Of a stretch of 64,000 bases of DNA, positions 18,630-28,862 are shown piece by piece. Position 1 is the stretch's first letter; each line of letters begins with the position of its first letter. The translations under genes and the position numbers were made by a program. Where the stretch lies: contig CBDBHB010000009.1 in NCBI GenBank assembly GCA_965205505.1, positions 192,001-256,000 on the forward strand, in the 5' to 3' direction. The notes beneath the pieces were generated by a model. The model was not told the origin of the DNA, searched no databases, and worked only from the letters and a program-made list of their open reading frames with translations. The stretch comes from Acidobacteriota bacterium (GTDB lineage Bacteria > Acidobacteriota > UBA890 > WLXD01).

Positions 18630-20321
18630 ATGAGCATGCTTCGAGCACACTCGTCCGTTGCGCTGGCAGTCTTGCTTTTCACCGTTGCCTGCGCCGATGC
18701 GCCGGATCCGGCTGACCTGGTGCTCCGCAACGGGGCCGTCTACGCGGTCGTTGCCGCCCAACCGTGGGCCGAGGCGGTGGCGATCGGTAACGGTCGGATC
18801 GTTGCCGTCGGCTCGGACCAGGAGATCGACTCCTTGATCGGTCCGGATACCACAGTCGTCGATCTCGAGGGCAAGATGCTGCTGCCTGGTTTCGGCGATT
18901 CGCACGTACATCCGGTTGATAACCGCGGCTGCAATGTGCGCGACATCGTCACCCTCGATGCCGTCCTGGCCGCCATCAGCGACTGTGCCTCGCAGGGAGG
19001 GCAGGACGAGTGGATTCGCGGCGGCGGTTGGGCGCTCTTTCTTTTCGATCAGGCCAACCCGCACAAGTCGGTCCTCGACGAGATCGCCCCGGGGCGCCCG
19101 ATCATCCTCACATCGCAGCACGGCCACTCCGCCTGGGCGAGCTCGCGCGCCCTCGAGCTGGCCGGGGTCACGAAAGACACGCCGGATCCGGAGAACGGCC
19201 GCATCGAGCGTGATCCGGCCACCGGAGCGCCTACGGGCACGCTGCACGAGTCGGCCAGCCGGCTGGTCTACGAGCACATTCCGGACCCGAGTGACGAAGA
19301 GCGTACCGAGGCTCTGAAGCGCGGGCTACAGCTGGCCAACAGCCTCGGCATCACCTCGTTTCAGGATGCGGGCGGGGGTCGGGAGTCGCTGCAAGCCTAT
19401 GCGGCGTTGGAATCACGCGGCGAGCTGACGGTCAGGGCGATCACCGGACTGCGCATCAACGCCGCAGATGGACTCGACAATGTGGCTCGTGTGGTCGGCT
19501 TGCGCGAGGAGTTCGGCGGGGAGCGCTTCAGGCCGACGAGCGTGAAGATCGGTGGTGATGGCTTGATCTACAACCACACCGCGGCCCTGCTCGAGCCGTA
19601 CGCCGATCGTCCAGACTTTCGCTGGCATCCCAACATCGCGCCGCAGGAGCTCAACCCGCTGGTCGCGGCACTCGATGCGGAGGGGTTTCAGGTACACATT
19701 CACGCGGTCGGCGATGCGACGGTGCGCTACGCGCTGGATGCCTTCGAGCATGCACGCGAGGTAAACGGCTCACGCGACGCGAGGCACCACATCGCCCACA
19801 TCGACCTGGCGCACCCCGACGACTTCTCGAGGTTCGCGGAGCTGGGCGCGATCGCCAACTTCCAACCGATCTGGTCGCAGCGCGACGAGATGGTGATCGA
19901 CCTCATCGAGCCACGCATCGGGCCGGAGCGCACGCGATGGGTGTATCCGGTCGGCGCGATCGTCAAGGCCGGGGGCCGAATCGCCTTCGGTAGCGATTGG
20001 GGGGTGTCGTCGATGAATCCCCTCGAGGGCGTGCAGGTGGCGGTTACGCGCCGGGGCCTGAACGCCGGGCCCGGTGAGCCCTTCAACGAGGAGGAGCTGG
20101 TCGATCTGGAAACCGCCATCGCTGCCTACACGATCGATGTCGCCTATCTGAACTTCTGGGAGCAAGAGATCGGCACCATAGAAGCCGGCAAGTACGCCGA
20201 TCTCGTGGTCCTCGATCGCAACCTGTTCGATATTCCCGCGGAGGGGATCCACCAGGCGCGCGTCCTGCTGACCCTTCTGGAAGGGGGGGCCGTGTACGAG
20301 CATGAATCCTGGCGCTGGTAG
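18630..20321 (+). CDS. Amidohydrolase-3 (YtcJ-like) lipoprotein
   Basis: Lipobox TVAC; PGFGDSHVH, HIHAVGD, HHIAH, FGSDW, GKYADLVVLD. Confidence 0.88.
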   Translation: MSMLRAHSSVALAVLLFTVACADAPDPADLVLRNGAVYAVVAAQPWAEAVAIGNGRIVAVGSDQEIDSLIGPDTTVVDLEGKMLLPGFGDSHVHPVDNRGCNVRDIVTLDAVLAAISDCASQGGQDEWIRGGGWALFLFDQANPHKSVLDEIAPGRPIILTSQHGHSAWASSRALELAGVTKDTPDPENGRIERDPATGAPTGTLHESASRLVYEHIPDPSDEERTEALKRGLQLANSLGITSFQDAGGGRESLQAYAALESRGELTVRAITGLRINAADGLDNVARVVGLREEFGGERFRPTSVKIGGDGLIYNHTAALLEPYADRPDFRWHPNIAPQELNPLVAALDAEGFQVHIHAVGDATVRYALDAFEHAREVNGSRDARHHIAHIDLAHPDDFSRFAELGAIANFQPIWSQRDEMVIDLIEPRIGPERTRWVYPVGAIVKAGGRIAFGSDWGVSSMNPLEGVQVAVTRRGLNAGPGEPFNEEELVDLETAIAAYTIDVAYLNFWEQEIGTIEAGKYADLVVLDRNLFDIPAEGIHQARVLLTLLEGGAVYEHESWRW

Positions 20322-20385
20322 ACGCGACCACAGGGATACGACCCGTTTCCGAGGCCGGTTCACCGGACACGAAGGAGGTGCCGCA

Positions 20386-21924
20386 GTGAAGCATATGCCC
20401 GCACCAGCCCTGGCGATCGGATGGGCCCCAGTGTGCGCGTTCGTCTTGTTCCTCCCCCATATCGCGAGCGCCCAGCAGACAGAGCCTGTTTCGCGCCTCG
20501 AGTCCGCCGACTGTGTCACCGGGGAGCTGGTCGACGCCAACGCCGACTGCTACCTGTTCTTCGGCCAGGAGGATCGCGACGATCCCAACGGCACGATCGT
20601 CGAGCTGCCGGTGGCGGTGATCGCGCCCGACCGCGAAGGCGATGTCCCGAGCCCCGATCCAAAACCTGACCCTCTCTTCTTCTTCCCGGGCGGGCCGGGG
20701 CTGTCCCCGATGGACAACTTCGACTGGATACGCGGCGATACCGGGAATCGCCCGCTGGTGCTGATCGATCACCGCGGCTTCAGGTATGCGAAGCCGACGC
20801 TTGTTTGCCCCGGCAGAACCATCTCGCCGTATCAGAACGAGCTGTCGCCGGTCATGGTCGCGTCCACCGACACCATGGAGCGGCTGCGCCTCCACGCCGA
20901 GACGGTGCAGCGGTGTTACGAGAAGCTCGTCGACGAGGGCATCGACGTGGCGAAGTACAACGAGTACGACATCGCGCGCGACGTCGACGAGATCCGCCAG
21001 CTGCTGGGCTACGGCAAGGTCAACATCTACGGCTACTCCACCGGCGCCGGGAGCGTGCTGGCGTACCTGCGCTACTACCCCGACAGCGTGCGCGCGTTTG
21101 TGCTCGGGGCGCCCTGGTTCGGCGAGTATCGCAACCGCGCCGCGATCGATGAGTTCTACACCATCAAGCAGATGTACACCGACATCCTGGGCCTCTGCGT
21201 TGCCGAGGATCCGCCCTGCCGCGAGCTGCTTCCGGCCTGGTATTACGCGATCGACCGCGCCCGCCGGGCGCTCGATGCCCGGCCCTACATCAAGACCGTG
21301 CAGACCGAGGATGGCGGGACAGTGACCCTGACCTTCGACGGCGTTGCCCTGATCGCCAAGATCTATCGCCGCTTCTCGGATATCTATATGAAGCTGCCCA
21401 ACGTGCTGGCGCGAGTACAGAGGCACGACTATTCGGCGCTCGACGATTTCTTTGGCACCGATCGCTGGCGCCAGGTGTCTGCCGACGATGTCGACGATCG
21501 GCAGCCCTACGGCTACTACCTGGCCCACATCTGCGGTGACATGGGGGTGAACCGGCCGACCGAGGAAGACGTCGTCGCCATGCTCGAGCGCGAGCCGGCC
21601 CTGGTGGCGTTCGAGGACAACAAGATCTGCGCCTGGTGGGGGGTGGACGGTGCCGTGCCGCCGGAGCACAACGATCGCTTCTACTCCGACGCTCCAGGGC
21701 TGTCGCTGCACGGCCAGGTCGACTCATGCTGCACCACCCGCTGGGGCCACTACTTGGCGCGGACGATGCCCAACCTGCAGATCGTCGAGTTTCAGGCACT
21801 GGGTCACGGCTTGCCGGGGGAGTGCCGGCCGCAGGTGATCTCGAGCTTCCTGAACGACCCGCATACCGAGGTCGATGATAGCTGCACCGACGACGTGCCG
21901 CTGGGTCCCTGGGTCTACCAGTAG
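20386..21924 (+). CDS. Secreted alpha/beta hydrolase (TAP-like peptidase family)
   Basis: GGAGG RBS and GTG start; FPGGPG, DHRG, GYSTG nucleophile, C-terminal GH. Confidence 0.8.
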   Translation: MKHMPAPALAIGWAPVCAFVLFLPHIASAQQTEPVSRLESADCVTGELVDANADCYLFFGQEDRDDPNGTIVELPVAVIAPDREGDVPSPDPKPDPLFFFPGGPGLSPMDNFDWIRGDTGNRPLVLIDHRGFRYAKPTLVCPGRTISPYQNELSPVMVASTDTMERLRLHAETVQRCYEKLVDEGIDVAKYNEYDIARDVDEIRQLLGYGKVNIYGYSTGAGSVLAYLRYYPDSVRAFVLGAPWFGEYRNRAAIDEFYTIKQMYTDILGLCVAEDPPCRELLPAWYYAIDRARRALDARPYIKTVQTEDGGTVTLTFDGVALIAKIYRRFSDIYMKLPNVLARVQRHDYSALDDFFGTDRWRQVSADDVDDRQPYGYYLAHICGDMGVNRPTEEDVVAMLEREPALVAFEDNKICAWWGVDGAVPPEHNDRFYSDAPGLSLHGQVDSCCTTRWGHYLARTMPNLQIVEFQALGHGLPGECRPQVISSFLNDPHTEVDDSCTDDVPLGPWVYQ

Positions 21925-21942
21925 GCTGCGGCCGCCCGGGCA

Positions 21943-22030
21943 CCAACGTTCAGCGTTCACCCTCGCCAACGTTCAGCGTTCACCCCGAGGGCGCGGTCGG
22001 CGCCGCGCACAGGCGCGTTCGGCGTTCACC
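21943..22030. repeat. Short intergenic direct repeat
   Basis: ccaacgttcagcgttcaccc at 21943-21962 and 21966-21985; partial copy at 22016-22030. Confidence 0.75.
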
Positions 22031-22976
22031 GCAGCAGTGCCCCGAGCACGTCCGGCACGTTGGTGAACATGCCGTCGACGCCGATTCCGATCAGTCGGCG
22101 CATCTCCTCGGGATCGTCGACCGTATAGGGGTGCACCACCAGGCCGCGCTTATGCGCGTCGTCGAGCAGCGCCTGGTCCACGTCGCTGTGGTGCGGCCCG
22201 AGCCCGTTGGCATAAGCGGCGACCTCGCTCAGCTGCGAGCGGATGCTGGCGCTGGTCTCGCGCCAAGGGGCGAGTTGCACTCGGGGTAGCGAGGGCTCTA
22301 GGTCGCGTAGCTTGAGCAAGCTGTCGGGGCTGAACGATTGCAAGATTACCGTATCGTCGTTGGGCGACGCTGGCACCAGGTCGAAGGCGCGCAGCAGCCT
22401 CAGTAGCTCCTCCTCCATGCCGGGTGCGGCCTCGGGGTTCTTGGTCTCGATGTAGAAGCGGGCGCGGCCCGCATAGCGCTCGAAAATCGACTCGAGCGTC
22501 GGGATACGCTGCTCGACGAACTCGGGGCGGGCCCGATCGGGGTGCTCCTCGTTGAACCATGCTCCGGCATTGCAGCGCTCGAGCTGCGCATGGCCTTTCT
22601 CGATGACCGCACCGGTGCAGTCGCTCGCCGGGCCGCGTGCGGTGCGGTCGAGGGTGTCGTCGTGCATTACCACGAGCACTCCGTCGGCGGTCATCTGCAA
22701 GTCCTGCTCGAGGTAATCGGCGTTCATCTCCAGCGCTAGATCCCACGAGGCGAAGGTGTGCTCCGGGGCGTAGGCGGAAGCGCCGCGATGGGCAATGTTG
22801 ATGACCGGTCGGCTCGTCATGACGCTCGTCGTTGTGCCGTTGGCATCGTTGCGGCTCGTTGCGTCGGGGGGTGTGCAGCTGATAGCGACGGTCGCCGCGA
22901 TCAGGGGCAGGGCCAGCCTAATCGATTGGTGCCGATGGCTCGGCCGCGGCGCGGCAAATGGCGTCTTCATCGACAC
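22026..22976 (-). CDS. glpQ: Glycerophosphodiester phosphodiesterase, lipoprotein
   Basis: IAHRGASAYAPEHT, YLEQDLQMTADG..HD, IETK, QSF, GMFTN. Confidence 0.9.
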   Translation of the reverse strand: MSMKTPFAAPRPSHRHQSIRLALPLIAATVAISCTPPDATSRNDANGTTTSVMTSRPVINIAHRGASAYAPEHTFASWDLALEMNADYLEQDLQMTADGVLVVMHDDTLDRTARGPASDCTGAVIEKGHAQLERCNAGAWFNEEHPDRARPEFVEQRIPTLESIFERYAGRARFYIETKNPEAAPGMEEELLRLLRAFDLVPASPNDDTVILQSFSPDSLLKLRDLEPSLPRVQLAPWRETSASIRSQLSEVAAYANGLGPHHSDVDQALLDDAHKRGLVVHPYTVDDPEEMRRLIGIGVDGMFTNVPDVLGALLR

Positions 22977-22977
22977 C

Positions 22978-24252
22978 TCAGAACCGGCTCACGTCGCGGC
23001 CGAACGCCAGCGTGGTGAGCCAGTCGAACACCACCAACACCTTGTTGCGCACGCTTACCAGGCGAGTCCAGTACACCGAGCGCCAGAGAACCCAGCTTGC
23101 GAAGCCGCGGCCCTTCACGTTCGGCAGATCGGCGAGCGCCCGATGCTCGCCGACGTAGGCCAGCATGCCGAGGTGGCGGAATCGGAACCGTTTCTCCGGG
23201 CGCCCCGCGGCCATGCGGTTGAGGTTGCCGGCGAGATACTTGCCCTGTTGCTGGGCCACCTGAGCGGTGGGGGGCAGCGGGTCGCCGTCGATCGCGGCGC
23301 AATCGCCGAGCGCCCAGACGTTGTCTTGGCCCGGAACACGGAGCGTGGCTCCCACCAGCAACCGCCCGTTGGGCGACTTCGCCCAGTCGAGGCCGTCGAT
23401 CAACGGTGCCGGCGCGTTGCCGGCCGACCACACGGCGAGTCCGTAGGCCAACCGCTCGCCGTTGTTCAGGGTCACGGCGTCGGCGTCGATCGCGGTCACC
23501 GGTGTGTTGGTTCGAACATCGATGTCCTGGCGTCGGAAGCGGCGTGCCGCGAAGCTGGACAAGCTGCGATCGAACGCGCCGAGAATCGATCCCGAAGATT
23601 CCAGCAGCGTGATGCTAACGTGATCCACCGTGCTGCGGAACCAGCGGTGCAGGTCGGCGTCGATGAAGTCGTGCAGCTCGGCAGCAAACTCCACGCCGGT
23701 CGGGCCGCCGCCGATAACTACGAAGTGCAACAGTTGCGCCCGCGCCTGCGCGTCGATGCCGGGCCGGCTGGCGCGTTCGAGTTGCTCGATGATGCGCTGC
23801 CGGATGGCGCGCGCGTCGGGCAGGTCGCGCAAGAACAAACAGTGCTCATGGACTCCCGGCACACCGAACGTGTTGTTGCTCGCACCCACAGCGACGACGA
23901 GATGGTCGTAGCCCAGGTCGAAGCGATACCCGTCGCTCATGGCCTCGCACTGGATGTGCCGCGCCTCGGGTTCGATGGCCTCGCAGGCCGCCTGATAATA
24001 GGTGAGCTCCCGCACCGAGCGAATCGGCTCGATGATGCTGCGGAACTCCACCGTGCCCACGGTCGTGCTGGGCAGCAGCGGCGTGAACAGGAAGTAGTTG
24101 CGCGGGCTGACCACGGTGACGTCGAAGTGTTTGCGATCGAGCCGTCGCACCACCTGCATGGCCCCGAAGCCGGTGCCCAGGACCACGACGCAAGGCTTGT
24201 TCGCTGCGCTCAGCGGGCTCAGGTCAGCACGTAGTAGATGACGTAGAGCCAC
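22978..24252 (-). CDS. ndh: Type II NADH dehydrogenase (true start uncertain, probably near 24210)
   Basis: VVLGTGFG, YFLFTPLLP, GGGPTGVE, LGDCA..PPTAQVAQQQG. Confidence 0.88.
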   Translation of the reverse strand: MALRHLLRADLSPLSAANKPCVVVLGTGFGAMQVVRRLDRKHFDVTVVSPRNYFLFTPLLPSTTVGTVEFRSIIEPIRSVRELTYYQAACEAIEPEARHIQCEAMSDGYRFDLGYDHLVVAVGASNNTFGVPGVHEHCLFLRDLPDARAIRQRIIEQLERASRPGIDAQARAQLLHFVVIGGGPTGVEFAAELHDFIDADLHRWFRSTVDHVSITLLESSGSILGAFDRSLSSFAARRFRRQDIDVRTNTPVTAIDADAVTLNNGERLAYGLAVWSAGNAPAPLIDGLDWAKSPNGRLLVGATLRVPGQDNVWALGDCAAIDGDPLPPTAQVAQQQGKYLAGNLNRMAAGRPEKRFRFRHLGMLAYVGEHRALADLPNVKGRGFASWVLWRSVYWTRLVSVRNKVLVVFDWLTTLAFGRDVSRF

Positions 24253-24368
24253 GAGAACAGACCATGGATGACCGCCCAGAGCACCGAGTGGTGCTGCGTG
24301 AACGAAATGGCAATCGCCAGGGCAGAGCCGAAGCTAACGCCGTGCTTGGCGGCGTCGGATCCTTTCAT
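24219..24368 (-). CDS. 49-aa small membrane protein (absent from the ORF track)
   Basis: AGGAGGAGG RBS; MKGSDAAKHGVSFGSALAIAISFTQHHSVLWAVIHGLFSWLYVIYYVLT. Confidence 0.8.
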   Translation of the reverse strand: MKGSDAAKHGVSFGSALAIAISFTQHHSVLWAVIHGLFSWLYVIYYVLT

Positions 24369-24377
24369 GTTCCTCCT

Positions 24378-24419
24378 CCTGTTGCCGTTAACCCTCGACC
24401 TGTTGCCGTTAACCCTCGA
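24378..24419. repeat. Perfect 21-bp tandem duplication covering the TrmH stop codon
   Basis: cctgttgccgttaaccctcga twice. Confidence 0.9.
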
Positions 24420-25170
24420 CCGTCAGCGCGTACATCAGGATGGAGCCGGCGACGGCGGCGTTGAGCGAGTCTATGCTGCCGGTCATGGGAATCGCGATGC
24501 GCCGGTCGGCGGCCGTCCGGATCTCTTCGCGCGCACCGCGTGCCTCCCTGCCGATGACCAATATCCAGCCGCGTCGCGGGGGCTCCGCCGCTTCACCGTT
24601 GCGCTCTGCCACCAGCAGGTCGAGGTGACGCGCCGAGCGCCAGGCGTCGAGCTCGGGCCAGCTGGCGCGCAGCATCGTCACCCGAACGATGCTGCCGGCC
24701 GAGGCTCGCACCACCTTCGGATTCCAGGGGTCGACCGTGCCGTCGAGTGCCACCACCACGCTCACCCCGAAGGCGGCAGCGGAGCGCACCAAGGCCCCGA
24801 GGTTGCCGGGGTCGCCGATCGCATCGGCGACCAGCACCCTGGTGGCTTTGATGGCCTCGAGGCTCGCCGAAGGCTGCTCGCAGCCCAGCAACACCCCTTG
24901 GGGCGACTCGGTGTCGGCCAGCTCGGCAACGTCGGCATCGGTGGCGTCGATGATTTGCACGCGGGCGCCCTCGAGCCGTTCGATCAGCTTCACTCCGGCC
25001 GGCTGGGCGTGCAGGCGTGGCGACACCACCGCGAAGCGCACCCTGGCGCCGGCGTCGAGCACCTCGGACGCGCAGCGCACGCCCTCGGCGAGGAACATCT
25101 GCTCACGCTCGCGCGTCTTGCGGCGGCGTAGACGTCCGATCAGCAGCCGTCGGCTACGGCTCAGTTCCAT
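24409..25170 (-). CDS. TrmH/SpoU RNA 2'-O-methyltransferase
   Basis: DPGNLGALVRSA, VIGREARG, IPM..DSLNAAVAG. Confidence 0.9.
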   Translation of the reverse strand: MELSRSRRLLIGRLRRRKTREREQMFLAEGVRCASEVLDAGARVRFAVVSPRLHAQPAGVKLIERLEGARVQIIDATDADVAELADTESPQGVLLGCEQPSASLEAIKATRVLVADAIGDPGNLGALVRSAAAFGVSVVVALDGTVDPWNPKVVRASAGSIVRVTMLRASWPELDAWRSARHLDLLVAERNGEAAEPPRRGWILVIGREARGAREEIRTAADRRIAIPMTGSIDSLNAAVAGSILMYALTVEG

Positions 25171-25183
25171 AGTTTCCTTGTAT

Positions 25184-25202
25184 TACTTTGAAATACAAAG
25201 TA
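25184..25202. promoter_or_regulatory. Palindromic operator-like site
   Basis: TACTTTG-N5-CAAAGTA between divergent genes. Confidence 0.5.
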
Positions 25203-25283
25203 CTCTTAGTTCTTCCAACGGATATAGATCGATACCGGCGTTACTCTCATCGCTCGCGCCGGACGTTGTCACGGAGGTTTCTC

Positions 25284-25718
25284 ATGAGCAAGCTGGATCC
25301 ACGCTGGGTTCGTGCCGGCGCGGTCTACGTCGGGGTAGTGGTTGTGGTGGTGATGGTGGCCTGGGTCGGCCTGTTCCCGGGAACCGGCGAGCGCTTCCCC
25401 GGCGATCCGCCACTCGGACACCCGTACCGCGTCTCTATGGCGGCGGTCGTGCTATCGCTCGCGGTTGGACTCGGTGGTCTGTGCGCGTGGATAGGCTCCT
25501 CGGCGCACAGCTGGATGATGGGCTTGGCCGCCCTAATGCTGGGCGGCATCGTCACCGGCGCGTTCCTCGGCTTGGCGCCGTGGATTCTGTATCCCCACGA
25601 CCAGTACCCGGTCGCGTTCATGTGGTTGGTGGCCGGGGCGCCGACGGGATTTCTCAGCTGGCTGGCCGGGAGCGTTCTACTCGGCCTGCCTTGCGATTCC
25701 GTAACCGATCTCGCCTAG
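25284..25718 (+). CDS. Hypothetical membrane protein (about 4 TM)
   Basis: GGAGG RBS before ATG at 25284; hydrophobic segments. Confidence 0.6.
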   Translation: MSKLDPRWVRAGAVYVGVVVVVVMVAWVGLFPGTGERFPGDPPLGHPYRVSMAAVVLSLAVGLGGLCAWIGSSAHSWMMGLAALMLGGIVTGAFLGLAPWILYPHDQYPVAFMWLVAGAPTGFLSWLAGSVLLGLPCDSVTDLA

Positions 25719-25793
25719 TGTCCTGACTCACGACAGGGTCGGTGACGAACGGCCGACTCTTGGCATTGCCTCGGTAACTCAGCCGAAGCCCCT

Positions 25794-28484
25794 TCAGGAG
25801 CGGAGCACGCCCACCGGGCTGACACTGGTCGCTCGACGCGCAGGGATCCACGCCGCCAGCAAAGCGATCGCAAGGCCGCCGACGCCGACGCCGATGAACA
25901 CTGCGGGATCGGTAGCAGAGACGCCGTACAGCAGCGAGCTCATCAGTCGCGTGGCGGCGAAGGCGGCGGCGAGCCCGATGGCGGCTCCGAGAGCCGCAAA
26001 CATCAGTCCCTGGGCCAGCACCATGCGCTGGATCTCTTTCTCGCGGGCGCCCAGGGCCATGCGAATGCCGATCTCTCGGCGGCGCTGCCCAACGGAGTAC
26101 GACAGCACGCCGTAGGTGCCGATGGCCGCCAGCAGCCCGGCCATGGAGCCAAAAGCGACGAGCAGCACCATTGTGAACCGAGTATCGGCCATGCCGACGC
26201 CGATGGCGCGTTCCAGAGTGCGCACGTTGAAGGCGACGAGCAGTGGGTCGATCTCGGCTATCTGGGTACGGATCGCGGTCATCAGGCCCGGTACATCGGC
26301 GGAGGTGCGCACCAGCTGGAACATGCTCCAGCGACGCTCGGCGAACTGTGTGTGGCTGAAGTACACCTTGGGGGTGGGCGATGACGAGCGCTGTCGTAGC
26401 AGCGTGTCGCCGACGATGCCGATGATCTCGCCGTCGTGACCGCCGGATCTGATCGTCTCGCCAATCGGGTTCGCTCCAGGTCCCTAGCCGTCCGCAACCG
26501 CCGCCTCGTTGAGATACACCGCCCACGGTGCGTCCAGCGTATCGTCCGGACCGAAGCGACGTCCCGCCAGCAGTGGGATTCCCACCAGGTCGAGATAGTC
26601 GCCCGAGATGACGCGGATGTTGGCGAGGTGGTAGTCCCAGCCCGAGTCGCTGTTCGGGTCGGCCACCCCGTACCCCCAAATGTTGTAGGTGCCAGTGACT
26701 GGCAGCCATTGAACCGCGCCGACCGCATCGACGCCGGGGATGCTAGCGACACGCCGTCGCAGCTCCTGGTAGAAGCCCTCACGTTCTTGCGCCGTGTCGT
26801 ATCGGGCCTGCGGCAGCCGTAGCTCGAACGTCGTAACGCCGCTCGGATGCACGCCGGTCTCACGAGTCTGCAGCAGCCAAAAGCTGCGCATCATCAGGCC
26901 CGCCCCGATCAGGAGCACGAGCGCCAACGCGACCTCGCTCACCACCAACGCGGACCGCATGCGGTTGGTGCCCCGGCTGCCGCTGTTGCCGCGGTCGTCC
27001 TCGCGCAACGCCGTCTCGAGGTCTTTCCCGGCGCTGCGAAAGGCGGGGACCAGGCCGAAGACGGCGGTTGTCAACAGTGAAGTGGTGAGCGCGAACGCCA
27101 GCACTCGCATGTCGAACGACATGTCGTTGATGAGCGTGAGGGACTGCGGCGCGAGGCGCAGCAAAGCGCGCGTCATCATCGCCGCCAACGCAACGCCCAG
27201 CACGCCACCGATGAGCGCCAATACGAGGCTCTCGGTAAGCAGCTGCCGAACCAGGCGCAGTCGCCCCGACCCGAGGGCGGCGCGGATGGCGAGCTCCTTG
27301 CGCCGCGTCATGCCGCGGCCGATCAGCAGGTTGGCGACGTTGACGCAGCCGATCAGCAAGACCAGCGCGGTGGAGCCGAGCAGCACCCAGAGCATCGTGT
27401 TGGCGTTGCCCACCGAGTCCTCTTGCAGCGGTTGGATCCATGCATAGCGTCCGTCGTTCGACTCCGGATACTGGCGCGCCAGCTCTTCGTCGAAGGCGGT
27501 GAGCTGCTGTTGCGCCTCGGCCAGCGTCACTCCGGGAGCGAGTCGACCAACGACCGTCATGTAGTGGTTGTCGCGCACGTTGAAGCCGCCGGGCGTCATG
27601 TCGTGTGGCACCCACACGTCGACGTCGTCGCCCACCAGATCGACGAAGGTAGCGGGCATGACGCCGACGATCTCCCAAGCCTCACCATCGAGCGTGACCG
27701 TGCGGCCGACGATCTCAGGATCACGTTCGAAGAGGTTCCGCCACAGTCGTGCCGACAGGATCACCACTCGGGAGTTGCCGTCCTTCTCGGAGCGCTCGAA
27801 CACCCGCCCGGTCATCGGACGCAAGCTGTAGACGTCGAAATAGTCCGATGTCAAGTAAAGTGCAGAGATTCGTTGCGGTGCGCCCTCGCCGGTGAGATCA
27901 AAGCCCATGGGGCCGTAGTTCCCCATCCCCGCCAGCGACTGGAACGTGCTCAGCTGATCCCGGTAATCGGCGTAGTCGAGGGGCGACACAACGTCGAAGT
28001 TTGTCGGGGCGCTCTCGAAGCCACCGCTGCGCGAGTAGTACTGATACACCCGCACCAGTCGGTCGGGCTCCGGGTAATCGAGCGGGCTCAGCAGCACTCC
28101 GTTAACTACCGAGAAGATGGCGGTGTTGGCGCCGATCGCCAGCGTCAGCGTGGCGATTACTACGAAGGCGAACAGCGGCTCGGCCAGCAGGCCGCGCACC
28201 GCAAACCGAATATCCGCTACCAGGTTGCCGATCACGTTGTGCTCACGACGGGGATCTCTCGGTAGACCGCCGCCCAGGCCGGCGGCCGGAAGCTTGCAGG
28301 CGAAGGCGATCGTCTGACGCCAGTACCACAACCAGGCTCGCAGCCTGCCGTGGGTATGTCGCAGGTGCTGGAATTCTTCTTGCAGATCGCCGAGCACGTC
28401 GCGTCTCGACGGTGGCGGCAGCAGTCAGGTGACGAGCGCCGTCGCCAGGTCCGGCGTCTTCCCGTCGCGTGCACGCCGGCTCAC
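25794..28484 (-). pseudogene. ADOP-type permease interrupted by two in-frame stops
   Basis: One frame from GTG 28484 to 25794 with TGA at 28425-28427 (LVT*LLP) and TAG at 26484-26486 (DG*GPG); permease motifs on both sides. Confidence 0.85.
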
Positions 28485-28801
28485 AGTTCTTCTTCCAGGC
28501 CCTGCCACATCGACAACAGCGCGTCGCGCGAGCCGCGCAGGCGTTCCATGGCGTCGGGCTCTAGCGCGAAGAAGCGCTTCGCTCGGCCGCCACGCTCAGC
28601 GGTCGGCTCGCCGAGCCGCGACGTTACCAGCCCCTTTGTCTCCAGCCGTTTGAGCGCCACGTAGACGGCCGCGTGGCTAGCCCGACGCCCGGTTCGGTCG
28701 CCGATCTCGGCGATGATCGGCACTACGTAGGCGTCGTCGCCAAGCCGCGCCACCGCCAGCATCACCAGCTGCTCGAAGTCGCCGAGCGAGTCGCGTCCCA
28801 T
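28481..28801 (-). CDS. PadR family transcriptional regulator
   Basis: LGDFEQLVMLAV, VYVALKRLETKG, RGGRAKRFF. Confidence 0.9.
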   Translation of the reverse strand: MGRDSLGDFEQLVMLAVARLGDDAYVVPIIAEIGDRTGRRASHAAVYVALKRLETKGLVTSRLGEPTAERGGRAKRFFALEPDAMERLRGSRDALLSMWQGLEEEL

Positions 28802-28807
28802 CTGATT

Positions 28808-28850
28808 ATCCTAGCAAAGTAAGGATCGATTTCCTTGCAATGCTAGAGAT
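28808..28850. promoter_or_regulatory. Tandem imperfect palindromes, putative PadR operator
   Basis: atcctagcaaagtaaggat and ttccttgcaatgctagagat immediately upstream of padR. Confidence 0.5.
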
Positions 28851-28862
28851 ACAAAACCGTGA

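Noticed and set aside
20083-24234. Long opposite-strand ORFs (20083-21711, 22795-24234) and similar shadow ORFs elsewhere, e.g. 28859-30289
   Set aside because: They overlap well-supported genes and are the expected by-product of high-GC codon bias
21943-24419. Short direct repeats as a CRISPR array
   Set aside because: Only two or three copies each, no regular unique spacers, no cas genes
25794-28484. Genome-wide stop codon reassignment (TGA or TAG as Trp/Gln)
   Set aside because: Conserved genes end properly at both TAG (fabI, thx) and TGA (msrA, ndh), and long ORFs lack internal stops
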